Source of the DNA: Candidatus Woesearchaeota archaeon
GTDB lineage: Archaea; Nanobdellota; Nanobdellia; Pacearchaeales; GW2011-AR1
Assembly: GCA_964490795.1 (NCBI GenBank)
Contig: CAZBDY010000004.1
Coordinates: 1 to 57,410, forward strand
Direction: 5' to 3'
Length of the DNA stretch: 57,410 bases
Shown here: positions 9,810-19,006 of the stretch, piece after piece
Numbering within the stretch: position 1 is the stretch's first letter
Layout: the number at the start of each line of letters is the position of its first letter
Made by a program: the position numbers and the translations under genes
The notes under the pieces: generated by a model
Told to the model about the DNA's origin: nothing
The model's input: only the letters and a program-made list of their open reading frames with translations
The model's database searches: none

Positions 9810-10169
9810 TTATAATATTTTGCAATAACAACTTCTTCCTTCATTAACACATTTACCTGTGGGACAAGTACCACCACAGACATTGTATTCCTCAAAATAA
9901 TATCCACATTCTTGGTTATAAAAATCTTCAGGAAGTTCTTGAGAAGAATTATCAAGTTTAATTGAATTATTCTCAGAATTGTCTTTATTATTTTTTTGAT
10001 AATTTGTTTCAGAAGGATAATTACCTGAATCATTATCTTGCTTATTTATTGAGTTATTATTTTCATTACCTTGATTTAAATTATTGTTAGTAGGAGTAAC
10101 CAAGAAAAAAATAATTCCAGCTATTAAAATGACTGAAATTAGTATTATTGCTATTATGTTTTTATTCAT
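9810..10169 (-). CDS. Membrane-anchored protein with Asn-rich linker and C-terminal 6-Cys module
   Basis: N-terminal TM 'IIAIILISVILIAGIIFFLV', then an N/Q/S-rich low-complexity linker. C-terminus is 'CGYYFEEYNVCGGTCPTGKCVNEGRSCYC'. Confidence 0.5.
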   Translation of the reverse strand: MNKNIIAIILISVILIAGIIFFLVTPTNNNLNQGNENNNSINKQDNDSGNYPSETNYQKNNKDNSENNSIKLDNSSQELPEDFYNQECGYYFEEYNVCGGTCPTGKCVNEGRSCYCKIL

Positions 10170-10201
10170 TGTTTTTATTCATGAAAGGTTATTTTTTAAT
10201 T

Positions 10202-11119
10202 TTATGGTATTTGATATTTATCTTCATGTTCTGAATCAATTCTAAACCATTCAGGTAATCCAGAAACAAGAGAAGAGTCTGGATTTGATGAAGAAAAATA
10301 AATATAATCTATAACACTTTTTTCTTGTGTAGGAATATCCTGAGAAGAGAGTTCAGGAATATAAACAAAACTTTCTATCCCGTTTTCATTAGGACTAATA
10401 ATCCCCTGTAATCTATATAAAAATGAAGGGGCAAGAGGATTTGCTGCATAATTCTTGTTTTCAAGATGTAAGGAGAGATTGCTAACATCAGAATCAGAAA
10501 CATAATTTCCTTTATAAATAGTTTTGTTGATTTTTCTTGTTATCTTTCCATTTGTATTAACAATATAAAAAGGATCTTCAAAATTTTCTATGCTTATTTT
10601 TGAAACAATAAATTCATTTTTATTCCAGGATGCAAGATTTGATTTGTCAGTTAAGTTTAAGGTGGCATTTAAAATAATAGAAATATGCCAGGGGTCAAGT
10701 TGTCTTGCTTTAATACTGATATTTGAAAGGTTAAGGAGGAGATTTATTTTATCAGCTTTTTCCTGAATATCTTGTTTAATTTCAGAGATGGTTATTCCAG
10801 CAAGAATAGTGGATTTATTTCCTTTATAAGTTCCATTATAAACTGCTTCTTGAAATGTTTGTGAAAAATTAGAAATATATTCTCCTGTTTTTGCAACTTC
10901 ATTTTCAGCTAAAAAGATTGTTCTAAACCCAGAGATATATAACTGTCTTTCTAAATTCTCCTCAATTGAAAAAAGAAAAGAATCCATTGTTTTTACTCTT
11001 GTTTTTATTGCTTTTCTTTCATTTAGTGTTGAATAAATCTCATATGAAACTAAAAATAAGAAAAGAAGAGCTATAGCTATTAAGGTAAATAGTTGCCCTT
11101 TTTTGTTTTTCATTTCCAT
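10202..11119 (-). CDS. Pilin-like (class III signal peptide) minor pilus component
   Basis: 'MEMKNKKGQ|LFTLIAIALLFLFLV'. Many N-x-S/T sequons. Overlaps the upstream gene by 10 nt. Confidence 0.55.
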   Translation of the reverse strand: MEMKNKKGQLFTLIAIALLFLFLVSYEIYSTLNERKAIKTRVKTMDSFLFSIEENLERQLYISGFRTIFLAENEVAKTGEYISNFSQTFQEAVYNGTYKGNKSTILAGITISEIKQDIQEKADKINLLLNLSNISIKARQLDPWHISIILNATLNLTDKSNLASWNKNEFIVSKISIENFEDPFYIVNTNGKITRKINKTIYKGNYVSDSDVSNLSLHLENKNYAANPLAPSFLYRLQGIISPNENGIESFVYIPELSSQDIPTQEKSVIDYIYFSSSNPDSSLVSGLPEWFRIDSEHEDKYQIP

Positions 11120-13638
11120 ATTCTGACTTGAACCTCACTTGAATAAGTATAAGGAATTCCTGAAATTTCACTTGATGAAATTTCAAAACTATCTTCTGAA
11201 AATTTAGTATCTATTTTGCCATCAGAATTTAAATCAAGATTAGACAATAATTCATGAATAGAATATTCAATTGCATCATTTTCATTATAAGCAATTGTTT
11301 CAGAGGTATAATGGCAATTAGATGTTCCAGAGTAATTTTTTGGAACTGTAAATGATAGAGTAGAAGAGTCATAAAATTCAACTGTCCAGTTACAGCCAGA
11401 AGCAGAGGCTAAAATAGGAGAATAAGATAAGGCTTGCTTTAATATTTGATAAATAACCTTGTTTGAAGAGGAACCCCCTGAGATATTGGAAGGATTTAAG
11501 GCAGTAGTTATTTTAACTTTATTTTCTCCAACAGAAATATTTTGTGTGGGAATATTAATTGAATAAGGGTCTCCTAATTTAATATATTTAGAACCATATC
11601 TAGAAAGATTAAAAATATTTTTCCAAGAACCATTATTTAAAATTTTAACATTTTGGGTCCATTTAGAACCAGAATATGATATTGCTTTAGCATTTAAGGG
11701 TGTAGAATTTTCTGGAATAGAAAAATTTCCTTCTGAAATATCATTTCCAAAAATGTTTGTTTCAGATGTGGCTATTAAACCATATGGGACACTTGTTTTA
11801 TTATAATCAAATATAATATAAGAGTCAGGATATAATTTTGTATTTAGGTTTGCTTGAATTTCGATTGTTTGTTCACTATAAGAAGCTTCAATTATGTCCT
11901 TTGATATTTCATTATACAAATCAGTTATATTTTCTATATCACTATAATAATAATCTCCATTTCCACAATCAGCTATTGATTGAAGTGTTGATTCATCAGC
12001 TCCTTCTCCAAAACCAACTGCATGAACAGTTATATCATAATCTTCATATGCTTCACATGCTTTATTAATTGCTGCTTGTTTTGCTGAACTTGCCCCATAA
12101 TCTCCTTCACAATCGTAATTTGCTTCTCCATCTGACATAACTACCATTACTTTAATTTTATCATCAGAAGATTGTTCTGTTAAATCTAAAATTGCTCTTT
12201 CAATTCCACAGCAAATACATGTCCCCCCATTAGCAGTCCAGTCATCAATTTTTAAAATTAAAGATTCATTATCACTTGATAAATCATGGCATTTAGGATC
12301 ACTTATACTCCCTCTATAAGCTGTTAGTCCTACCCTGTTTCCAGATAAATTTAAAATAGAATTAACAAATTCTTTATTTGCTTGTTTAGCTAGTGTTAGT
12401 TTTTCTTCCCATGTCCCTCCACAATCTAAACATCCTTGTTCATTACCACAACCAAATATAAAACAACATATTCCTCCCCCTCCATAACAACCATCTTCCA
12501 TGCTTCCTGACAAGTCAGTGACAGAGAAAACATCAACATAATTTGATAGATTAGTCATATATGTAACATTTTCCATTCCCAATCTTAAGGGAATTGTTTT
12601 TTCAGTTAAAGAGTCATAATCAAGTAAAGAAGATAGTTCTGAATTAGAAATTGTTTCTTGAGTTTCTACAGGAGAGGAGGAATTAAAAACTGTGGTATTT
12701 CCTATAATTAGAAAAACACTTTTATTAGAATAATAATGTAAAAATATTTCCATACCAGATAAATTTTGAGGAATATAAAATCCATCATATAAATTTATTA
12801 ATCCTTCAATTCCTGGAAAAGAATATTTTTCTGATTCATTTACAAATAAAGAGGAATTATAAGTTATTTTGAGATAACCTCCAGAAACATAAAGATTTTC
12901 TCCTGAACTATTTTTAGTTATTTTTAGCATATTTTCTCCAGAATTAAATCTTGACAAGTATGAATCAAGAGAGTATTTTGCAGGATGTAAGTCAGAAGTA
13001 GAATTTTCATAATGTCCTGAAAAAACATTATTAATATAAACATCAAAATCATTATTAATAGCAATTTCTAATTCTGCATCTTTTATTGTTCCAGTATAAT
13101 TTACAAGTAAGGAAATGTTTCCATCTCCTACATAACCCCCAAAATAAAAGTATTTTGTTCTGTCACTTTTAGTTAAAAAAGCCCTTGATGAAAAAGCAGT
13201 TGTATCGTTCCCTTTTTGAATTCCAGAAACTAACTGGCGAGAAGTCCAAACTTCGGTTGAATTTTGTAAGCTAGAAGAATTTTTACTTGCTATTAATTCA
13301 TTATTAAACCATATTCCCATATTTGTTTTTGTATTTAAACTATTTAGGATATTTTCAGAAAATTCTTTTGCTTCTGGAAGTGATTTTGCATGTAATTCTA
13401 CGATTTGTTCTAAAATTGTGTTGTTTTCAGATGCTTTTTCTTCGCTAATTAATTGTTTTGCATAGTCATTATCAATCTCATACATTTGTAAAGAAGATAA
13501 AGATGAAATTAAATCTTCTTGAACTGCTTCTTGAATTTCAATTTCTTCTTTAAATGGTTTTACTATCATTAAGACTGACAAGATTATGATTAAAGCTATG
13601 AAAGCATCTAAAGTAAAATAATAGGCTTTTTTGTTCAT
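11110..13638 (-). CDS. Large pilin-like adhesin with von Willebrand factor A domain (TadG/PilY1-like logic)
   Basis: Prepilin-like 'MNKKA|YYFTLDAFIALIIILSVLMIV'. vWA MIDAS 'DLSGSM' (D375) and 'VMVVMSDGEAN'. Dense N-x-S/T sequons. Confidence 0.75.
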   Translation of the reverse strand: MNKKAYYFTLDAFIALIIILSVLMIVKPFKEEIEIQEAVQEDLISSLSSLQMYEIDNDYAKQLISEEKASENNTILEQIVELHAKSLPEAKEFSENILNSLNTKTNMGIWFNNELIASKNSSSLQNSTEVWTSRQLVSGIQKGNDTTAFSSRAFLTKSDRTKYFYFGGYVGDGNISLLVNYTGTIKDAELEIAINNDFDVYINNVFSGHYENSTSDLHPAKYSLDSYLSRFNSGENMLKITKNSSGENLYVSGGYLKITYNSSLFVNESEKYSFPGIEGLINLYDGFYIPQNLSGMEIFLHYYSNKSVFLIIGNTTVFNSSSPVETQETISNSELSSLLDYDSLTEKTIPLRLGMENVTYMTNLSNYVDVFSVTDLSGSMEDGCYGGGGICCFIFGCGNEQGCLDCGGTWEEKLTLAKQANKEFVNSILNLSGNRVGLTAYRGSISDPKCHDLSSDNESLILKIDDWTANGGTCICCGIERAILDLTEQSSDDKIKVMVVMSDGEANYDCEGDYGASSAKQAAINKACEAYEDYDITVHAVGFGEGADESTLQSIADCGNGDYYYSDIENITDLYNEISKDIIEASYSEQTIEIQANLNTKLYPDSYIIFDYNKTSVPYGLIATSETNIFGNDISEGNFSIPENSTPLNAKAISYSGSKWTQNVKILNNGSWKNIFNLSRYGSKYIKLGDPYSINIPTQNISVGENKVKITTALNPSNISGGSSSNKVIYQILKQALSYSPILASASGCNWTVEFYDSSTLSFTVPKNYSGTSNCHYTSETIAYNENDAIEYSIHELLSNLDLNSDGKIDTKFSEDSFEISSSEISGIPYTYSSEVQVRIWK

Positions 13639-14591
13639 TTTTCAAATAAAGATAGAAATTCATTTAATTTTAATTTGTTGAATTGATGATATTTGTTAAT
13701 TAATTCTTTAATATTGTATGTTAATGCTTTTTTGTGTCGGGAATTTTTTTGTTTTTTCCTATGTTCCCAAGACCAAGACATAGCCCCAATAATTCTTCTT
13801 TTGATAAAATAATATAGGGCTATTTTTTCCTCCTTGTTTAAGTGAAGATATTTGTCAAGTTCATTTAAGAATAATTTTATTTTTATTTTTTCTATCCTTT
13901 TTTCTTTAATAAAAGAGTGAGTTATAAAAACTGCAACATCTTGGATAATAAAATCTTCATGCATATTATCCCAGTCAATAATTGCCTTAATTTTATTTTT
14001 TTTAATTAATAAATTTACAGAATGAAAATCTCCATGAATTAATGATTTTTTCATTCTCTTTTTATTAACTTTTTTTAACCCATTTACAATCTCTTTAATT
14101 TCTTTATCCACATCAAAATTTTCAATTCTTGTAACTTCCCACCATAATTTGCTAAATTGAAAATCTTTTTTCCAGTTAAATTTGTTTTTAATGCCTAATT
14201 TTTTTAATTCAATAAATAATTTAGCTAAAATCTTGCCACATTCTTTAATTTCTTTTTTATTCAAATTTTTAGGATGTCTTCCTTTGATAAATTCTTGAAT
14301 AATCATGGGTTTTTTATTATAAATCAAGATTTCATTTTTATCTTTAGATTTAATAATTTTAGCAACAGGAATTTTTTTACTATAAATATAATCCATAATC
14401 TTAACTTGGTATTTGACAAATCTCTTATCACTATCAAATATTTTTAAAATATATTTACTTTTACTTGTCACAATAATATAAACATAATTAGAAAATGCCC
14501 ACCAAACATGTTTGCTTTTTTTATACTTGCCAATATTATAATTTTCTAAGATTTCTTCAAAGTTTTTTTTCTTTAAATCATTTAACATCAT
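13635..14591 (-). CDS. APH / choline-kinase / homoserine-kinase-II family phosphotransferase
   Basis: Catalytic loop 'LIHGDFHSVNLLI' followed by 'IDWDNM'. I start it at ATG 14591 (MMLNDLKK...), 1 nt after the upstream stop. The track ORF runs to 14654 and would overlap. Confidence 0.7.
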   Translation of the reverse strand: MMLNDLKKKNFEEILENYNIGKYKKSKHVWWAFSNYVYIIVTSKSKYILKIFDSDKRFVKYQVKIMDYIYSKKIPVAKIIKSKDKNEILIYNKKPMIIQEFIKGRHPKNLNKKEIKECGKILAKLFIELKKLGIKNKFNWKKDFQFSKLWWEVTRIENFDVDKEIKEIVNGLKKVNKKRMKKSLIHGDFHSVNLLIKKNKIKAIIDWDNMHEDFIIQDVAVFITHSFIKEKRIEKIKIKLFLNELDKYLHLNKEEKIALYYFIKRRIIGAMSWSWEHRKKQKNSRHKKALTYNIKELINKYHQFNKLKLNEFLSLFEK

Positions 14592-14592
14592 T

Positions 14593-15111
14593 TTAATTCC
14601 ACATATAAATTGAAAATTTAGTTGGTTTATTTTTGTAAATAGTAATTCTTTCAACTTTCACAAGATTTTCAGGGTTATCAGGAATTTTTCCTATACCTGA
14701 AATAGGATTTCCATGAGTTTCCATATTTGTAAAATTAAAATAAAAATCATAACTAGAAACTAAAATTCTCTTTATATTCTTATATTCTGAATTATTGTTA
14801 GTTATGTTATAAAATAAGTTCAATTTTGTTTGGTTAATTTTATTATTAGACAATATTCCCGGGATTTCCATATTTTCATCAGTCCAGTTTTCAGGACTTC
14901 CTTCAGATAAAATTAAAGAAGAAACTAAATTTCCCTGATAAAACATTTCTTCTAAAATATTTTCAGAAGTGTTTGAAAAATTTATTGCATAAATATAAAT
15001 TGCTATAATTCCAACTATCATGATGATTGATGCCATCATCAAATCTAGTCCCCACACCTGTCCCTTATTATTCTTCCTGGTTAAGATAGATTGTTCCTTG
15101 TTCATTTTCAA
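14593..15111 (-). CDS. Pilin-like protein (class III signal peptide)
   Basis: 'NNKGQ|VWGLDLMMASIIMIVGIIAIYIYAI'. Sequon-rich C-terminus. Confidence 0.55.
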   Translation of the reverse strand: MKMNKEQSILTRKNNKGQVWGLDLMMASIIMIVGIIAIYIYAINFSNTSENILEEMFYQGNLVSSLILSEGSPENWTDENMEIPGILSNNKINQTKLNLFYNITNNNSEYKNIKRILVSSYDFYFNFTNMETHGNPISGIGKIPDNPENLVKVERITIYKNKPTKFSIYMWN

Positions 15112-15463
15112 TAATATTCTCCTCTTTTTTTATTTGTCCTTCTACCTGTTTTACCTTTAGTGAGAGAGCATTTGAATCAGTCTGAATATAAATAAAATTA
15201 TTTTCAGTTATTTCAATTTCATACTGGTTTCCTAATAATAATTTTGGAAGAAAAAATTTCCTTCTATATCCGTAACTTGTTTTTGATGCTAAATCTATCT
15301 CATCTTTAACTGAAATTGCAAGATTTTTCATTAATAATCTCTCTTTTTCACCTTGTTTTTCAGCAGTATTTACATTTATTGCTACAAAAAAAGAGGTAAA
15401 CAAAAACAAAGCTAATCCCATTACTATTAAAAATTCTATTCCTCCTTGTGCTTTTTTATCCAT
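15068..15463 (-). CDS. Pilin-like protein (class III signal peptide)
   Basis: 'MDKKAQGG|IEFLIVMGLALFLFTSFFVAI'. Confidence 0.65.
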   Translation of the reverse strand: MDKKAQGGIEFLIVMGLALFLFTSFFVAINVNTAEKQGEKERLLMKNLAISVKDEIDLASKTSYGYRRKFFLPKLLLGNQYEIEITENNFIYIQTDSNALSLKVKQVEGQIKKEENIIENEQGTIYLNQEE

Positions 15464-15477
15464 TTTAGATTTATAAT

Positions 15478-15876
15478 TTAATTAATACTGACATAAGAAG
15501 AGTGTGCTTTAATTATGACTTTTTTTGTTCCCTCGGTTGTAGGAATGGTTCCTTGAATAGGAACATTTGATTTGAAAACCCTTATTATCTCTCCTGATGA
15601 AGTTGAAGCTGTTATCTTTATCTCACTACCTGAGATAGTTAACTCATTTATTCCTTTAGGAATATAGATAGTTAGGGTTGTTTTTGAAGGTTCGCCTGCA
15701 TAAAATATGGCTTCTGATGAAGATATTATTTTGTTAGACAAGACTTCTATCTGATTAATTTTTATTTTATCTTTTGATGCATCCATATAAAAATAAACAG
15801 AAATTAGTATTGAAGTAATAGCTAGGGTAACAAAACCAATAACAACCATATATTCGATTCCGGATTGAGCTTTCAT
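15478..15876 (-). CDS. Pilin-like protein (class III signal peptide)
   Basis: 'MKAQSG|IEYMVVIGFVTLAITSILISVYF'. First gene of the minus-strand pilin operon. Confidence 0.65.
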   Translation of the reverse strand: MKAQSGIEYMVVIGFVTLAITSILISVYFYMDASKDKIKINQIEVLSNKIISSSEAIFYAGEPSKTTLTIYIPKGINELTISGSEIKITASTSSGEIIRVFKSNVPIQGTIPTTEGTKKVIIKAHSSYVSIN

Positions 15877-15976
15877 CTGCCTCTTTTAGTAAGATTTATA
15901 ATACCTTTCCTCTTTAATTTATTGTAAAAACAAAGAATAATTTATAAACATTTGTAATTCATAAAAAAGAGGGATA

Positions 15977-16534
15977 ATGAAGAATAAAAATTTGATTATT
16001 GTTTTAACTATATTAGTAATACTTGCAGGGGGGAACATGTATCTTTATTTTCAAAAACAAGATACCTCTTTATCTGGGTTTTCTATATCTGATTTTTCTA
16101 GCAAAATAAAACAAGCTGATTTTGATACAATATTTTTTATTACTCAGTGGTTTTTTATTTTATTAATTATAATATTTTTTTACATTAAGTTTTTGAGACA
16201 TAAGAGAAAAGAAAAAGAACAAGAAAAAGAAGTTTTTACTCCAAAAAGGAAAACAAAAGGAGCTGAAACTGATTTAGATGTTTTTTATGAGATGCTAAAA
16301 AATAAAAAAAATATGAAACTATCCTTAATATCAGAAAGTTTTAAAATAAATAGTGAAACAGCATTAGAGTGGGGCAAAATTTTAGAAAATAGCAATCTTG
16401 CTAAAATCGATTATCCAGCTTTTTCAGAGCCTGTTATTAAAATAATTTCAACAGAAAAAGAAGAGAAAGAAGAAAAAGAAAAACATGAAAAAGAGGTAGA
16501 AAAAAGAGATGAAAAAGAAAATAAAGAAAAATAA
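15977..16534 (+). CDS. Membrane protein with E/K-rich tail; first gene of the pilus assembly operon
   Basis: Two hydrophobic segments, a soluble segment 'LSLISESFKINSETALEWGKILE', and an E/K low-complexity tail. Confidence 0.45.
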   Translation: MKNKNLIIVLTILVILAGGNMYLYFQKQDTSLSGFSISDFSSKIKQADFDTIFFITQWFFILLIIIFFYIKFLRHKRKEKEQEKEVFTPKRKTKGAETDLDVFYEMLKNKKNMKLSLISESFKINSETALEWGKILENSNLAKIDYPAFSEPVIKIISTEKEEKEEKEKHEKEVEKRDEKENKEK

Positions 16535-18128
16535 AAAAGAGAAAGAAAAGAAAGAAGAAAAAAAAGCAAAAGCTCTTCCCAAGTCAGATGAGAAAGAACT
16601 GAACAAAGAAATTAAAGAAAGTATTAAGAAAGAAAATGTTGAAAAAAAAGGAGTTTTAGATAGCTATAAATTGAATGTAGATAATGCTGTAGTTGAAATT
16701 AAAATAGAAGAAGGAGATAAAGGAAGAGTCTATAATGTTTATATGGATGGGATAGGCACTGGAACCCATGCTTTATTAGAAGAGATTAGGAAAGAACTTA
16801 TTTCTACAAGCACTGTGGGTGTTGGAGAGATGACAGATAATAAGGCAATAAACAAAATCAAGAAAAAATTTATGAAACAGACATCAAGATTACTTAAAGA
16901 AAAAGTTCCTAGCATGAATTTTCATACAGAAAAATTTTTATCAGGGATATTAATGCAAGAGATGCTTGGGTTGGGAAAATTAGAGTTTTTAATTAATGAT
17001 CCTCGTTTAGAGGAGATAGTTGTAGTTTCAAGTAAAGAGCCAGTAAGAGTTTATCATAAAAAATTTGGGTGGCTTTCCACTAATATAACTGTTGAAAGAG
17101 AGGAAGAGATAAATAATTACTCTAATATTATCGCAAGGAGAGTAGGAAGACAAATTAATGTTCTTTCTCCTTTATTAGATGCTCATGTGGTTACAGGAGA
17201 TAGAGCTAATGCAGTTTTATATCCTATTGCTACAAAAGGAAATACCTTAACAATAAGGAAATTTGCAAGAGACCCTTATACTATAATTGATTTAATTAAA
17301 AATAAGACAGTTAATTTGAATGTAGCTGCTTTATTATGGCTTGCAATAGAGTATGAGATGAATGTTCTTATATCTGGAGGAACAGCTTCAGGAAAAACTG
17401 TTTTTTTAAATGCATGTATGCCTTTTATTCCTCCTAATCAGAGGTTAATCAGTATTGAAGATACAAGGGAATTGATGTTGCCTAATTTCTTATATTGGTG
17501 CCCTTTAGTAACTAGAACAGCGAATCCAGAAGGAAAAGGAGAGGTTTCTATGTTGGATTTATTAATTAATAGTTTGAGAATGAGGCCAGACAGAATTGTT
17601 TTAGGAGAGATGAGAAGACAGAGAGAGGCAGAAGTTTTGTTTGAAGCTATGCATACAGGACATTCAGTTTATGCTACACTACATGCAGATACTGCTGCTG
17701 AAACTATATCAAGATTAACTAATCCTCCTTTAAATGTTCCTCCTAACTTGTTAAAAGCAGTTAATTTGAATGTAGTTATGTTTAGAGACAGAAGGAAGGG
17801 AATAAGAAGAGTTTATCAGGTTGCTGAATTTTTAGCTGGACAGGAGAGAGTGAGTTCAAATATTCTTTATAGATGGATTCCTGAAAAAGACGGAATAGTT
17901 AAGCATAATGAGAGTTTGTCGTTTGTAGAAGAACTAAGCAGACATACTGCTCGTTCACAAAAAGAAATTAAAGAAGATTTAGATAAAAAGAAAAAAATTC
18001 TTAAATGGATGATTAGAAAAAATTTGAGGAAGTTAGAGAGCATAGGAAAAATAATGAATTTATACTACACTAATAGAGAAGAGTTATATAAAATAATTAG
18101 AAGTGGAAAATTAGATAAAATAAGATGA
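16509..18128 (+). CDS. Type II/IV secretion family ATPase (archaeal FlaI/ArlI / PilB-like)
   Basis: Walker A 'GGTASGKT', Walker B region 'RPDRIVLGEMR', His box 'TGHSVYATLHA'. Confidence 0.85.
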   Translation: MKKKIKKNKKEKEKKEEKKAKALPKSDEKELNKEIKESIKKENVEKKGVLDSYKLNVDNAVVEIKIEEGDKGRVYNVYMDGIGTGTHALLEEIRKELISTSTVGVGEMTDNKAINKIKKKFMKQTSRLLKEKVPSMNFHTEKFLSGILMQEMLGLGKLEFLINDPRLEEIVVVSSKEPVRVYHKKFGWLSTNITVEREEEINNYSNIIARRVGRQINVLSPLLDAHVVTGDRANAVLYPIATKGNTLTIRKFARDPYTIIDLIKNKTVNLNVAALLWLAIEYEMNVLISGGTASGKTVFLNACMPFIPPNQRLISIEDTRELMLPNFLYWCPLVTRTANPEGKGEVSMLDLLINSLRMRPDRIVLGEMRRQREAEVLFEAMHTGHSVYATLHADTAAETISRLTNPPLNVPPNLLKAVNLNVVMFRDRRKGIRRVYQVAEFLAGQERVSSNILYRWIPEKDGIVKHNESLSFVEELSRHTARSQKEIKEDLDKKKKILKWMIRKNLRKLESIGKIMNLYYTNREELYKIIRSGKLDKIR

Positions 18129-19006
18129 AGTTTAAAATCCCTTTTACTTTTTCAAGCACAGATATTTTAAAAAAAAGATCTGAAAAATTTATTAATTTTT
18201 TTAGAAGTAAAAAGAAAGGAAAGATAGAGAAGTATTTGAAAAATACAGATATACAGATTTCTGGAGCAGAATATTTAGGAATCTGCTTAAGATCTTTTTT
18301 AATTATCTTTCTGATTTTGATAGTTATTTTTTCTTCTATTCTTTATTTTTTAAATATTGATAATTTTTATTTATATGGGTTTCTTATTTCTATTCTTTTT
18401 TCTGGTTTTAGTTTTTTTAGCCAGGTAAATTATCCTAGAATTTATGCTTCTAAAAAAGAGAGAGATATTGAGAAAAATTTAGTTTCCTCTTTACAAGATA
18501 TGCTTGTCCAGTTAGAATCTGGTGTTCCTATTTATGAAATTATAGGTAATATTGCCCGTTCAAATTATGGATATGTTACTGAAGAATTTAAAAAAGCATT
18601 AAAAGAGATTAATTCAGGAGGATCACAAGTTGATGCATTAGAAGATTTGATTAAAAGAAATAATTCTGTTTATTTTAAAAGAGTCTTATGGCAAATTTCA
18701 AATGGGTTAAGAAGTGGAAGTGATATGAGTATTGTTATTAAAGATAGTATTGATAATTTAACTAAAGAACAGACCATACAAATTCAGACTTATGGAAGCA
18801 AATTAAATCCCTTAATTATGTTTTATATGTTAATTGCTGTTATTCTGCCTTCATTAGGAATTACTTTTTTAATTATTATATCTTCTATGGTTGGTATTTC
18901 AGGAGCAATTGTTAAACTTTCTTTAGTAGGAATTTCTATTTTTATTATCTTGCTCCAGATAATGTTTCTTGGATTAATTAAAACAAGGAGGCCTAGTTTA
19001 ATATGA
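18125..19006 (+). CDS. T2SS-F / FlaJ / TadB-like polytopic platform protein (half 1)
   Basis: Cytoplasmic helical domain flanked by TM helices. 4-nt overlap with the ATPase gene. Confidence 0.7.
   Translation: MKFKIPFTFSSTDILKKRSEKFINFFRSKKKGKIEKYLKNTDIQISGAEYLGICLRSFLIIFLILIVIFSSILYFLNIDNFYLYGFLISILFSGFSFFSQVNYPRIYASKKERDIEKNLVSSLQDMLVQLESGVPIYEIIGNIARSNYGYVTEEFKKALKEINSGGSQVDALEDLIKRNNSVYFKRVLWQISNGLRSGSDMSIVIKDSIDNLTKEQTIQIQTYGSKLNPLIMFYMLIAVILPSLGITFLIIISSMVGISGAIVKLSLVGISIFIILLQIMFLGLIKTRRPSLI

Noticed and set aside
9791-10033. 80-aa ORF overlapping the 119-aa Cys-rich membrane protein gene in another frame on the same strand.
   Set aside because: The 9810-10169 frame has a coherent TM + linker + Cys-module architecture. 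The alternative frame is an I/K/L low-complexity string.
13635-14654. Track start (14654) for the kinase ORF, giving a 62-nt overlap with the upstream pilin-like gene.
   Set aside because: The extra N-terminal 21 residues (MKELLFTKINQLNFQFICGIK) lie inside the upstream gene's coding region. The ATG at 14591, 1 nt after that gene's stop, gives the usual compact coupling.
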